Assembly: GCA_016185605.1 (NCBI GenBank)
Contig: JACPNG010000015.1
Coordinates: forward strand, 7,103 to 71,102
Direction: 5' to 3'
Length of the DNA: 64,000 nucleotides
Source of the DNA: Candidatus Woesearchaeota archaeon
GTDB taxonomy: Archaea; Nanobdellota; Nanobdellia; SCGC-AAA011-G17; JACPNG01
Translations under genes and position numbers: made by a program
The notes under the pieces: generated by a model
What the model saw: the letters and a program-made list of their open reading frames with translations, nothing else
Databases searched by the model: none
What the model was told of the DNA's origin: nothing
Part shown: piece after piece, positions 55,324-64,000 of the stretch
How positions within the stretch are numbered: position 1 is the stretch's first letter
Layout: every line of letters starts with the position of its first letter

Positions 55324-58300
55324 TTAAGTAATTTTTATCTCTAATTTTTCATTTATTTTATCTACATATTTATTTGATACTGGAATATTTTTACTTCTTA
55401 AATCATCTAATGCTGTAGGACCCATATTATAAGCTATCAAAGCTAATCTTAAATCATTCCTATATCTATTTTTAAGATAATATAGATAACATGTGCCTGC
55501 ATTTATATTCTGTTGAGGATCTTTGTATACATCATTAAATTCTAGATCCCCACAATGTTTAGAACTAGCTTTAGTTTTCATATCAGTTATTGTGATTGGT
55601 CTCAGTTGCATTAACCCACAATCCTCTCCATTACAAACCTCTGGTTTCCAACTAGATTCTTCAGTTATTATTGCTATTATTAAACTCTTATCAATTCCAT
55701 ATGTATTACTAGCTTGTTCAATTATTGGAAGATATTTTTCAATCTTCGAACGATAAGATACAAGTACTGATTCTTTTACCCCCTCTATTGTTGTTAATTT
55801 TTCATCTGGCTTTTCTGAAGATATTAGATTAGATGTTTGACTAAGTTTTATTATATCTCCCCTACTTAAAGATAGACAAGAATTAGGAATTGAGACTGGA
55901 TTGGTTGGAATATAACATTTTTTATCTTCATTATAATTATAAACCCCTTCATTAATTGTTTGTAAAGGTACATCCAAAGCAACATATGCCTTAGTTCTAG
56001 CTATTATTGGTTGTTTTTTATAAAAGATGGGTAACCATTTATTCTCTAAGTCTCTTAAATAATTATTTCCAATATCAATTATGGTTGTTATTTCTATCTC
56101 TTTAGTTTCTATATTACATCTAGCATATCCAAGATTACATATGGGTATAAGTTTTATTAATTCCTTTAACTCCATGCCTTCAAAGTCTTTAGTAAAACAT
56201 CTTTTTCTTACATCATCCCAATCACATCTATTAAAACCACATCTATCTAATGGTTCTAATAAATCTAATTGTCTTTCTTCATAATCACCAAGACAAGCTA
56301 ATTTTCTATTTTCATCACCTTGAACCTTATTATAATCTTCACACGATTTTATATCATCACACGAATTACATAAATTACTAATTAAACCACCAAATCCATA
56401 ATAATAACATTTTTGATTATTACCATCTATCTTCTTACATTCATTATAATTACAATATTTAAAATCGTAATATGTACCACCACATTGATTACATTGTAAT
56501 TGAGTTTGTTGTAGTGTAGTAGTTTCAGATGATGATTTTGTAGATGTTACATCTTTCCGTTTTTCTTGTTGTATATCATCTACATAATTTGGAGGTCTAT
56601 AATCTTCAACAGTAGAAGTTTCATCTATTTTTGTCGGTTCTTTCAATATTTTAGAAAATTCATCTTGTTTTATTTCTATCCATTCTCCCTGGCTGTATTT
56701 ATAATATCTTAATTCATCATATTCAGTAGTAAGTATAGAAGTTGCAATTATATTTTCTGTATTAATGGAGTTCTGTAAAATTTTTATATTTTCATTTAAT
56801 CCTGTTACATCTGTAGTTAAAGTTTCTCCTTCTTTACCACATATCTCGCCTTTAGAAACATCTTTATAAGTCAATCCACAAAAACAAGATTTTTCACAAG
56901 TTTCCGGGCATTTAACTTGATTAGTATCATAAACTCCTTCCCCATAATCATAAGCAAATAATCCAGGACAACTTTCTGTACTAGTTTTTGTTTGGCCTCC
57001 AGTCTGTGTTACTAATCCAGATTTCCTCCTAAACTTACCCCATTCTTCATATGTTTCTCCTAATCTAAAAGTGGCCTTGGCTGCTATATTTGGAATTAGA
57101 GTATTGCTTGCTTTTTTGTACATCTCAACAAGGCTTCTAAATCCCTCTTCAGTTGGATTATTTAGCACATCATCCAATAAATAGCCAGCATCAGTCAATA
57201 TTCCATCAGCCTCCTGCTGCGATAATATATTAAGATTTATTATTCCTTCTTCAGCTAATTTAGTCTGTAGATTCTTTAATTCTACTTGAGTTGTATTTCT
57301 AAGCTCTACATCCTTTATCAGCTTGCTTAGGGCTGGCCTGTATAGCCAGCAGGTTCCTAAATCTCTTCCCTTATCATCTATTCCGCAGCTTCCTACTTCT
57401 ACCCATGTCTGTGTATTTACCCCGATTCCAGGATTAAATCCAGAGCATCTCCTTATTATTCCAGTTTCCACTAATCCAGTTGAGAAGCTTCCTACACCAG
57501 CTACCAGAGGATTAATACTCCCTCCAAATTTTCCGCCACCAGTATAATCTAATGTAGATAATCTTCCTGTCTGTGGAACACATTCCTCAGCTGATTTAAT
57601 CTGTTTTTTCGCTTCGCTGGCTGTATAAATATCGCTTAATTTATTCAATCCAAAATCAGTTGTTACTTTGCCAAATCCGCATTCATTTATTCTAGTTGTT
57701 TTTCCTTTTATCTCAACACATACCTCATTATAGCCAGCTAACTGGACAAAATCATCATTCTGCTGGTTAAATCTTCCAGCATCCAATCTTTTATTCCTTA
57801 TAATAAAGAAGAACGGCAAGTAGCTTTGTCCTAGTTCATTAACTCCCTTTAGATAAACACTATAAGTTACTGGCTCATTAGCCCCTGCATAAATATGATG
57901 AAATACACTATATTGGTTTTCTTTGGCCCTTCCTACCTCTGAATAAGGCAATGTATCAAAAAATGCTATAAACTGAGGAGGGCTTACTGGCCTTGTTATC
58001 TGGTCAAAGAATCCCTCTCCAGGCAGTTTTCCTCCAATAAAAGACTTGCAAATTTCCGTTCCAATCTCATCTAAACTCCCTCCAGAATAAGCTGCAAACA
58101 CATTCTTTGCATAATCCTGGGTAAAGAATTTTAATGAATTTATCGAAGTGTCTATTGAATTTTTAAAGTTTGCATATTCTCCCCCGCCTTTCCCAGTATC
58201 AAATACTTTCTCGCTTAAAAAGTCAAATATTCCTCCTTTAATATTAAATATTGCTACCCCCTCTCTCCATAAAATATCACAAACATAAAGGTTTCTTACT

Positions 58301-61300
58301 CTATCACATATCCCAACAGATTCTCCCTTGACTTTTTGGACATTCAGACATTCACTATATCCCTGCAGCATTGATTTTATATTTTGAAGTCCAGCTAATA
58401 ATCCTGTAATGCATACTGGCACAGCAACTTCTCCTCCAGCTAGAACAGAATTTGGAGCGCATAATGCTAGACTTCCTATAATTCCAGTCTGGGCAACATT
58501 AGCAACCTGCCATTTTCCATTTAAATTGCATCTTGAGCTTGGACACATTACTGGATCACAAGCATTAAACAATAATCTACAGTCTTCTGGAGACATAAAA
58601 TCAACGCAGCTTTTTCCTATTTCTGTTACTTGAACATTTTCCTTAGAATAACCGCACTTTAGACGAGCTCCTGTCTCAAGATTACTTCTGCTTAATTCTT
58701 TGTTGCAGGTGTTAACTTTTCCCATCAAATTACCCAGTTCTTTGCAATCTTGTTCACTAACAACATCCTGTCTTTTGAATACATCCCCTCTATAATTACA
58801 GATTTGTCTGACAGAATTTAAATCCCCCATGCTTACTCCAGTTCCTAAAGGTCCATTTGGTAATGTTCTCTTAAATATAGTTACATCTTTAGCAGCTCCT
58901 GAGGCTGTATATTCTAATTGCGCATATAACAAAGAGCTAATAGTAATAGAATCAACTTTTCCCTTGTTTCTTCCCTCATTTAATATTGATAATTTATTAA
59001 TGGGCTTGACTTGCTGTGTTCTTTGATCTCCAAATACAACCGGGTCACAGCCTGTTGGTCTTTTAACAAAATATTTTGCTGTTTTTGATTTATCATCGAT
59101 ATTTATATCTGTATTAAGTCTTTGGTTGTCATCGTTACAACTACTATCTTTATATAATATATATGAATTATATCCATCTTGAAGTTTACGTATATCTGTA
59201 GTTGGATCTTTTACAACTGAATATTTACTTAAGATAGTTGGACCAAATCCAATAGACTTAACAAATTGTGTATTCCTAATATAATCAAAAGCATTATCTA
59301 TACATTTCTTAACTTGATTGCATTTCCGCCCTATTTCATTTCTTAATCCTTCATTTATAGTTATATCTCCAGAGAATTCTCTATTTTTGTCTCCATAGAA
59401 ATATTCGGCCAGTTGTTGTCCTTTTAATCTATTATTATATGTAGATAAGATTTGGGCTTGATTTGCCGAATATTCTGTTTCATCTTTAACTATAATTCCT
59501 ACTTTATTTAAATCATCCCTAATTTCGCTGAACTTTTTTTTAGAGATATCTCTTGTTTTATCATCTATATAAGCTAATCTTATGTTTTTTTCAGAATCTA
59601 GATATTTATCATAATACCTATTTGGATCATAGCCATACATTCCTTTAGTAAAGCAGTAATCCTTAATAGTATCCTTACTCTTGTCAGATGTAAATTGAAT
59701 ATTTATTGGTAGATCACACGTGGCTCCACCTTGTATAGAATCAACTATATTTTGTGCAGCCTCTATATCATTGCCATACCTGTCAGAATTTTTAATTACA
59801 AAATTATCGAATGTCCCTACATTTTCTCCTCTCGCCTTTGCCTCTCTATATTCATCTACCCATTTATCCCTTATTTTTTCTCTGGCTATTCCCTCATTGC
59901 TGAACACTCCTTGTATTAAATTCTTTGACCATAATGCTCCAAAAGTAACATAGCAGAAATTAATCCAGAATTTGTGGATTTTTTCCATATTTTTTATTAA
60001 TGAATCAACTTTGTCTATTAATTTCTTTGTTTTGTTTATTTCATCATCTAGATTGCTGCTGAATATAGATGGCCTTATTGCCCTTTTTTCAATGTCTATA
60101 TGCAGATTAAAATTAGATTCGCTGAATGCATTTTCTGAGTCAGGAATTATAGATATATAGACTTCTTTTTTTGCTTCTACGCTTTTGACTCTAACTTTAA
60201 TGAACTTATCCTTGTCTTTTCCAGTTGAAACTGATCTCAAATTATTTGTTAATGTTATTCTTTCAAACGTTGTTGCTCTTTGCTGGGAAGTTGATAAAGG
60301 ATTTTCATAATCTCTTCTGATAACAACAGAATTTCTGCTTATTGATTCTACCCTCCATAAATATCCTGGATCATAAATATCATAAAGTGCTTCTCCTGTT
60401 GTTAGCCTTTTATCTATCCCGTTTATTTCTAATACTGCTTTTGGCTTGTCTTGATCAGAAGCTTTGTTAATCTCCAATAGTTGAACTCTTATTATCTCTC
60501 CATTATCCTCTAAATCCTGGGCTTTAGACTTAAAGTTTAATGATGATCTTATATTATTGATTCTATTTTCTATGTCTTGTTTTTCTTTGGAAGAAAATCT
60601 AGGATCATTCAGCAACTCCTCATAACTTCTTAGTGCATTTTCATCATTCCCCAAAAAATAATTAATTAATGCTATTCTTTCCTTGGCTTTGACAGCAAAA
60701 ACTTGGTTATCATCATCCCTCTCATCTGGATAATTCCTTATCAATTCAGTATAAGTCTGTGTTGCTAAATTGAATAAATCAGCATAACCTTGCGGTTCTG
60801 TTTTAGATTCTTTTGTTGAATATCTTGCTGCAGAATCAGTATTAATAAAATCAACAATCTCTGTCATTACAGCATTAATCTCCCTGCTTTTTTCAGGATT
60901 TGAATATGATTGTTCTCTACTTAATCTTTCTAAATCGGAAAATATTCTTTTCTGTAAAAAGTTAGTTGCTTCTTGTTTAGTAGACTCTCCTACATTACTT
61001 TGTATAATTAATCCTTTTAATTGTGCAACCATATCTTTTATAGATTCCAGATATAATGCGGTTTCTGGACTATTTTTGTCTAATCCTTCATATTTCAATT
61101 TTATTGCTTCAAAATTTATTTCTTCAGGTCTTGATGGAATGCAGCATATTTGATTATTCAATTCTAATTCAGTAGCTCCTTCAAATGTGCTACATCCAAC
61201 ACTTTCTCCTTCACCAATTTCCTTCTTACCAGAAGGGCATATTAGTGAGTCTTCACAAGTTCCACCAGCATTTTTACAAGCATCTTGTCCTGTTAAAATC

Positions 61301-62556
61301 CTAGTCTTACAACTATTTTCTTTATATTCACATAACTTATCAGAATTGCATTCACTTTTATCTTTTATTATCTCACATGTTTTTCTTGATTGACACTTAT
61401 CACCTACTTGGAAACAACTATTTTCCTTAGAGCATTGTGCTGTAGTAAGGCTTTCACAATCTACTTTAGTTATTGGAAATTTTACAGTCTTTCCATTTAA
61501 TCTGTTTCTTAATACTAATTCCCTGTCCTTGTCATTATTGCTGAAAGTTATATCTCTAACAATCCAGTTTGAGCCTGGATATAATGTGCTTCCTTTGGTT
61601 AATATTTTTTTAGAAAATTCATTTCCCCTATACACTTCAACTTTAGCTTTGTCGCTTAAATCTCTTATGCTGTTTACTCTTATTCTAAAGCTGTCAAATA
61701 AATTTCCAAATCTAGAATAGCCTCCTCTTAAAGTAAATCCCCTTGTTGCTCCTTGTCTTATTTCTATTGGCGCACTTAATGGATTTAGATTATCATCATA
61801 GACAACAAACACAGCGCTATTATCTTTTATTTCTTGTGCTCTTATATAACCGCCAAAGAAATTATGCTGCTCTTTTTCCTCCAGCCATTTTAATTCATCT
61901 TGTTCTATTAAAATATCCTCGCTAGGCCCATATCCTAATCCTTGAGAAACATCAAAATTAATCCTTGTTTCTATTTCAATGTCAATCTCACTAGGAACAT
62001 CAGCTTCCTTGGGAATCCTTCTTATTGGAATAACTAAATATCCTAGATTATTGTAGGTTGGATCAATCCTATATTGAGAGGATCCATATGCCCCTGGCTT
62101 TAATATCCCCCCAGAAGGTGGAAAATATCTTATGGCTCCAATATTTACTTTTTTTCCATCTGGCTTTGTTGTAACATTCAATATTCTAGGAGAGGTAATT
62201 CCTCTTATCCTTGGTATTGTAATTGAGGGATTAGAAGGGAGTCCAACTAATAATGCCTTTATATTAACATCATTTTGCTCTAATAAAGCAGATCTAACTT
62301 GTCTAGGCTCATAATAATCTGCGCTTACTACAATATCCTCCCCAAGATTTCTCTCCTCTCCAGCCCCTAAGGTTATTCTTTCTCCAGATAAGTCATATCC
62401 TAATCTTAATCTGGGATCTCCTAGATTTCTGTCATATCTTGGATCTAGATAATCACTTAATGTTCTTGGATTTAATGTCTGGGCATTTACCAAAGTAAAT
62501 GAAATATTGCTGAATATCAATAATGCTATAATAAATACAGCTAATTGCTTTTTCAT
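55324..62556 (-). CDS. giant secreted protein (2410 aa) with Cys-rich central regions and a C-terminal lytic transglycosylase (SLT, lysozyme-like) domain
   Basis: Signal peptide MKKQLAVFIIALLIFSNISFTLVNAQT. C-terminal SLIIAIITEESSWKPEVCNGEDCGLMQL...AGTCYLYYL...ALIAYNMGP is the SLT family-1 motif set. 4-nt overlap with the upstream gene. Confidence 0.8.
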   Translation of the reverse strand: MKKQLAVFIIALLIFSNISFTLVNAQTLNPRTLSDYLDPRYDRNLGDPRLRLGYDLSGERITLGAGEERNLGEDIVVSADYYEPRQVRSALLEQNDVNIKALLVGLPSNPSITIPRIRGITSPRILNVTTKPDGKKVNIGAIRYFPPSGGILKPGAYGSSQYRIDPTYNNLGYLVIPIRRIPKEADVPSEIDIEIETRINFDVSQGLGYGPSEDILIEQDELKWLEEKEQHNFFGGYIRAQEIKDNSAVFVVYDDNLNPLSAPIEIRQGATRGFTLRGGYSRFGNLFDSFRIRVNSIRDLSDKAKVEVYRGNEFSKKILTKGSTLYPGSNWIVRDITFSNNDKDRELVLRNRLNGKTVKFPITKVDCESLTTAQCSKENSCFQVGDKCQSRKTCEIIKDKSECNSDKLCEYKENSCKTRILTGQDACKNAGGTCEDSLICPSGKKEIGEGESVGCSTFEGATELELNNQICCIPSRPEEINFEAIKLKYEGLDKNSPETALYLESIKDMVAQLKGLIIQSNVGESTKQEATNFLQKRIFSDLERLSREQSYSNPEKSREINAVMTEIVDFINTDSAARYSTKESKTEPQGYADLFNLATQTYTELIRNYPDERDDDNQVFAVKAKERIALINYFLGNDENALRSYEELLNDPRFSSKEKQDIENRINNIRSSLNFKSKAQDLEDNGEIIRVQLLEINKASDQDKPKAVLEINGIDKRLTTGEALYDIYDPGYLWRVESISRNSVVIRRDYENPLSTSQQRATTFERITLTNNLRSVSTGKDKDKFIKVRVKSVEAKKEVYISIIPDSENAFSESNFNLHIDIEKRAIRPSIFSSNLDDEINKTKKLIDKVDSLIKNMEKIHKFWINFCYVTFGALWSKNLIQGVFSNEGIAREKIRDKWVDEYREAKARGENVGTFDNFVIKNSDRYGNDIEAAQNIVDSIQGGATCDLPINIQFTSDKSKDTIKDYCFTKGMYGYDPNRYYDKYLDSEKNIRLAYIDDKTRDISKKKFSEIRDDLNKVGIIVKDETEYSANQAQILSTYNNRLKGQQLAEYFYGDKNREFSGDITINEGLRNEIGRKCNQVKKCIDNAFDYIRNTQFVKSIGFGPTILSKYSVVKDPTTDIRKLQDGYNSYILYKDSSCNDDNQRLNTDINIDDKSKTAKYFVKRPTGCDPVVFGDQRTQQVKPINKLSILNEGRNKGKVDSITISSLLYAQLEYTASGAAKDVTIFKRTLPNGPLGTGVSMGDLNSVRQICNYRGDVFKRQDVVSEQDCKELGNLMGKVNTCNKELSRSNLETGARLKCGYSKENVQVTEIGKSCVDFMSPEDCRLLFNACDPVMCPSSRCNLNGKWQVANVAQTGIIGSLALCAPNSVLAGGEVAVPVCITGLLAGLQNIKSMLQGYSECLNVQKVKGESVGICDRVRNLYVCDILWREGVAIFNIKGGIFDFLSEKVFDTGKGGGEYANFKNSIDTSINSLKFFTQDYAKNVFAAYSGGSLDEIGTEICKSFIGGKLPGEGFFDQITRPVSPPQFIAFFDTLPYSEVGRAKENQYSVFHHIYAGANEPVTYSVYLKGVNELGQSYLPFFFIIRNKRLDAGRFNQQNDDFVQLAGYNEVCVEIKGKTTRINECGFGKVTTDFGLNKLSDIYTASEAKKQIKSAEECVPQTGRLSTLDYTGGGKFGGSINPLVAGVGSFSTGLVETGIIRRCSGFNPGIGVNTQTWVEVGSCGIDDKGRDLGTCWLYRPALSKLIKDVELRNTTQVELKNLQTKLAEEGIINLNILSQQEADGILTDAGYLLDDVLNNPTEEGFRSLVEMYKKASNTLIPNIAAKATFRLGETYEEWGKFRRKSGLVTQTGGQTKTSTESCPGLFAYDYGEGVYDTNQVKCPETCEKSCFCGLTYKDVSKGEICGKEGETLTTDVTGLNENIKILQNSINTENIIATSILTTEYDELRYYKYSQGEWIEIKQDEFSKILKEPTKIDETSTVEDYRPPNYVDDIQQEKRKDVTSTKSSSETTTLQQTQLQCNQCGGTYYDFKYCNYNECKKIDGNNQKCYYYGFGGLISNLCNSCDDIKSCEDYNKVQGDENRKLACLGDYEERQLDLLEPLDRCGFNRCDWDDVRKRCFTKDFEGMELKELIKLIPICNLGYARCNIETKEIEITTIIDIGNNYLRDLENKWLPIFYKKQPIIARTKAYVALDVPLQTINEGVYNYNEDKKCYIPTNPVSIPNSCLSLSRGDIIKLSQTSNLISSEKPDEKLTTIEGVKESVLVSYRSKIEKYLPIIEQASNTYGIDKSLIIAIITEESSWKPEVCNGEDCGLMQLRPITITDMKTKASSKHCGDLEFNDVYKDPQQNINAGTCYLYYLKNRYRNDLRLALIAYNMGPTALDDLRSKNIPVSNKYVDKINEKLEIKIT

Positions 62557-64000
62557 TTTACAAACTCCGGCTCCTTTACACTAGTAGTTTCAATCCTTGT
62601 TAAAACATTATTTAGCTCGTCAACATTGGTTGGAATCCCAAATCCATTTAAGTAAAATATAATATTATTTGCATCAGCTAAATCTACCCTGTTAACATTC
62701 CAGCTAAATTTAGCCCCCCCGGTAAACACTTGAGTAATATCAATTCCCTCTATTGTAGTTTTTTCGCATTTCTTTTCTGTCAATCCAATTATTCCCAATA
62801 CTCCTTCTCTAGGAGCATCAATGCATGTTTCCAGTTCTTTTCCGTTTATTCTTATTGGATTTTTTGAATTAAATATTATATTTGCATCAATATCATAGCT
62901 TCCGTCTATTAGCTTAACCTTATTATTGTCTGGATAAGCAATAGTCTCATAATAATTTGACTGCTCATTTCTAAAGTTTATTATAATCTGTTCATTCTCA
63001 AATAATATTCTATCAATATTATTTTCTGTTATTTTAACCTCAAATGTTTTTTCATATACTGGCTCCATTATCACAGAAACAACGCTTTCCTGATTAGTTG
63101 ATAGTTCCACTTCAGCTGTATCAAATCCCTCTTTTTCAACTATTAATTGTCCATTAATGCACTGTGGGAATTTATTTTCTAAAAATACCTCTCCATTAAG
63201 ATTATTAGTCTCCCCAATATCACATATTGTATTGGAGCATTTATATGATATTTTTGCGTCTTTTATCTGGCCTAATGAATTATCCGGCTTAATTCCTAAT
63301 GCATAAACCTTAATTTTAGTCAATGGATTCTCGCATATAATTGGATTAGTATCATAACTCTGATCGATTTCTATTTTATTTTCTCTCGGCTGGTTATTTT
63401 CTATTATGACTTGAGTGGCAAACTGAAATGTTGAATCATCTTTTGATAAAGAGACTAAAACAGGATATCTTAAATCATAAATAAAATGATAGCTGTTCAG
63501 GCAGAAGAACTGCGTCAAAGATCTTCCAATAACTCCCTTGTTAAATGAATCCCCTTGTAGTATGTTATCTCCAGGAGTAATATCTATTAATAACGGCCAA
63601 TTAGGGGAATATTCAAAATTTACATTAATGTCCTTGGCATCTTCCAATAAGTTTAATATCCTGTATTTATCATCAACATCAGAATCCTTTGTATCCTTAA
63701 CTCTGTATGAATTTATATTGACATCCAATATCTGTTTCAGATTACCAATAACCTCATCTTTTTTCCATCTTTTAGGAGTACATTCAAAATCCACCTCAGT
63801 AGAAGGAATCTCTTCATAAACATTAATGAAATCCAATGTTTTTTCCTCCAAGAAAAATTCATTATTCTCTTTATTTATTATTTTTATGGCTGATTCATAC
63901 AATTCGCCTAAAGAAGATTTGACATTCTGCTGAAAGTTTATTAGCTTAAAATTTTTTCCTTTGAGATTTATTTCCAGAGGATACTCTACATCTATATTAA
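62553..64000 (-). CDS. hypothetical protein, N-terminus outside the window, co-transcribed with the giant SLT protein
   Basis: Track gives 62553..63902 from a TTG codon. The frame stays open to the window end (NIDVEYPLEINLKGKNFKLINFQQNVKSSLGELYES...), so the gene probably starts beyond 64000. Confidence 0.55.
   Translation of the reverse strand, partial: NIDVEYPLEINLKGKNFKLINFQQNVKSSLGELYESAIKIINKENNEFFLEEKTLDFINVYEEIPSTEVDFECTPKRWKKDEVIGNLKQILDVNINSYRVKDTKDSDVDDKYRILNLLEDAKDINVNFEYSPNWPLLIDITPGDNILQGDSFNKGVIGRSLTQFFCLNSYHFIYDLRYPVLVSLSKDDSTFQFATQVIIENNQPRENKIEIDQSYDTNPIICENPLTKIKVYALGIKPDNSLGQIKDAKISYKCSNTICDIGETNNLNGEVFLENKFPQCINGQLIVEKEGFDTAEVELSTNQESVVSVIMEPVYEKTFEVKITENNIDRILFENEQIIINFRNEQSNYYETIAYPDNNKVKLIDGSYDIDANIIFNSKNPIRINGKELETCIDAPREGVLGIIGLTEKKCEKTTIEGIDITQVFTGGAKFSWNVNRVDLADANNIIFYLNGFGIPTNVDELNNVLTRIETTSVKEPEFVK

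Noticed and set aside
62553-63902. Track ORF start at a TTG codon
   Set aside because: The frame is open all the way to the window edge with no upstream stop. The gene most likely starts beyond position 64000.
1-64000. CRISPR arrays and rRNA genes
   Set aside because: No regularly spaced short direct repeats and no rRNA-like GC-rich conserved stretches were found. The only repeats are intragenic coding repeats and the IS inverted repeats.

Overview
AT-rich (about 30% GC) archaeal genome fragment, probably from a reduced-genome DPANN-type archaeon. The archaeal assignment rests on TFB, TFE, Alba, LSm, ribosomal proteins S8e/L37e/S17e/L1/P0/L12, the tRNA-splicing endonuclease EndA, Dph2, and intron-containing tRNAs. 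The window is dense in translation and transcription housekeeping genes: aspS, leuS, alaS, glyS, gatC-gatA, five tRNA genes, endA and rnz. Between them sit cell-envelope and secreted-protein genes: two Cys-rich repeat proteins, a Tat-lipoprotein M23 peptidase, a 2410-aa secreted protein ending in a lytic transglycosylase domain, a PAP2 phosphatase and an archaeosortase-like protein. Most notable are: (1) a LeuRS carrying two inserted hydrolase-like domains (alpha/beta serine hydrolase and a Nudix-like fold) around its CP1 editing domain; (2) a compact bacterial-type AlaRS lacking the C-Ala domain; (3) the giant SLT-domain protein and the M23 peptidase, which suggest peptidoglycan-directed activity in an archaeon; (4) tRNA genes with non-canonical insertions (tRNA-Leu with a 37-nt insert in the T-arm, and a tRNA with an unresolved ~35-nt insert); (5) an intact IS element with 8-bp target duplication, two free-standing LAGLIDADG/HTH genes, and a VapBC pair. 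No rRNA or CRISPR array was seen. All calls come from reading the sequence and ORF translations by eye, with no database searches.
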